Shown here piece after piece: positions 62,880 to 64,000 of a DNA stretch of 64,000 nucleotides; the stretch's first letter is position 1, and every line of letters starts with the position of its first letter. The DNA is from Octopus bimaculoides (lineage: Eukaryota): the NCBI RefSeq assembly GCF_001194135.2, contig NC_068999.1:27873813-27937812 (forward strand). Direction: 5' to 3'. A program made the translations under genes and the position numbers. The notes below the pieces were generated by a model. The model worked only from the letters and a program-made list of their open reading frames with translations. It searched no databases and was not told the DNA's origin.

Positions 62880-64000
62880 TCATGCAACTGTGAGTAAATT
62901 CAAGTTAAGATGCAAGCTTATGAATATAGGATGTAGGAATGTTCGAATGTTATTAGACAATGATTGTCTGAAATCTTGTCCAGAGAGAAGATCCGCGCTT
63001 GTTGCAAAAGAGTTACAGTGATATGATATGGATGTTGTAGCGTTAACAGAAACAAGAATTCATGGAAAGGGGAATTTTGTAGAGAAATCTGCTGGGTGCC
63101 ATTTCTTTTGGAGTGGTAAAGAGGAGACCTATAAGAGAGAATCAGGAGTGGGATTTGCTATCAAAACTTCTATGGTTTCAAAACTTGAGGAACTACCATG
63201 TAGTCATTTGGATCGTTTAATGTCTTTAAGACATTAGAAATTTAATGTCTTTAAGACATAAGAAAAGGTCGCTATGCAACATTCATAAGTGCATATGCTC
63301 CAACTATGAATTCATCAGAGGATGATGAACTTGCCTTCTATCTATCACTTACAGAGATTATACGCAATATCCCCCATGATGACAAAGTTGTCATTTTGGG
63401 TGATTTTAATGCTTGCGTTGGTGCAGATTGGGAGACTTGGATTGTCTTAGAAAAGCATGGGGTTTGCTACTCTTACAAATGTGTGTAGAGATGGACAGTT
63501 GCAAGAGAAGTGCATCAAACAGGATATGGACTTATACCAAGTTCTCATTGACCTAACAAAAGCATTTGATTCTATCAATAGAATTGCACTTTGGGAGATC
63601 CTAAAAAAGCTAGGATGCCTTGAAAAATTTGTGTGAATGCTTAGACAATTTCATGACAAGATGGAAGTGAGAGTTGGTACCTTATCAGATCCAATTTCTG
63701 TACAATATGGTGTAAAGCAAGGTGATATTCCTACTCCTACACTGTTTGCTATATATTTCGCAATAGTCTTTCAAATAGCTTTTAAAGATTGCCCTGAAGG
63801 GGTCTATATAAGATATAGGACAAGAAAACTTTTCAATCTCAAAAGACTCTGTGCCAAAACAAAAGTTCTGCATTCTTACTTTGTTGAGTTTCTGTATGCA
63901 GATGATTGTGACCTGTTGGCACATTCTCAGAATGTGCAGCACATGGTGAATGTGATTTCTGCAGCATGTGCAGCATTGGGTCTAACAGTCAATCTAAAAA
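62880..64000 (+). mobile_element. RTE/BovB-like LINE with EN fused by deletion to RT; runs off the window
   Basis: DVVALTETRI..SGVGFAIK, ILGDFNA (EN), then IDLTKAFDS, GVKQG and FLYADD (RT). Confidence 0.8.

Noticed and set aside
1-64000. CRISPR arrays, rRNA, prokaryotic operons or HGT genes
   Set aside because: No repeat-spacer arrays, rRNA-like sequence or long intronless non-TE ORFs were seen.

Overview
AT-rich, microsatellite- and transposon-dense animal genomic DNA with nine assembly gaps. The repeat families and TTAGGG telomere-type repeat suggest a cephalopod (octopus-like) short-read assembly; the species call is inference. One host gene is supported on the + strand: four phase-compatible coding exons (17631-17782, 29138-29275, 31612-31752, 44579-44676) encode the first ~176 aa of an orphan multi-pass, probably 7TM, membrane protein (GPR137/TOM1-like topology) that continues beyond the window. 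A candidate non-coding first exon ends at 3228. Most of the rest is intronic mobile DNA: many RTE LINE fragments and SINEs, a TSD-flanked L1/Tx1-type LINE, Tc1/mariner relics, a MULE, Helitron helicase relics and three Penelope-like (RT/GIY-YIG) relics. The most interesting signals are (1) a set of minimal type-I hammerhead ribozyme motifs with palindromic helix III (three near-intact, two degenerate) in Penelope-LTR-like or very short elements, mostly abutting (TA)n microsatellites, two of them sense to the host pre-mRNA; and (2) a 598-bp MITE with perfect 37-bp TIRs and an 8-bp TSD whose centre is a head-to-head telomeric (CCCTAA)n-(TTAGGG)n array. No activity or database novelty could be tested here.
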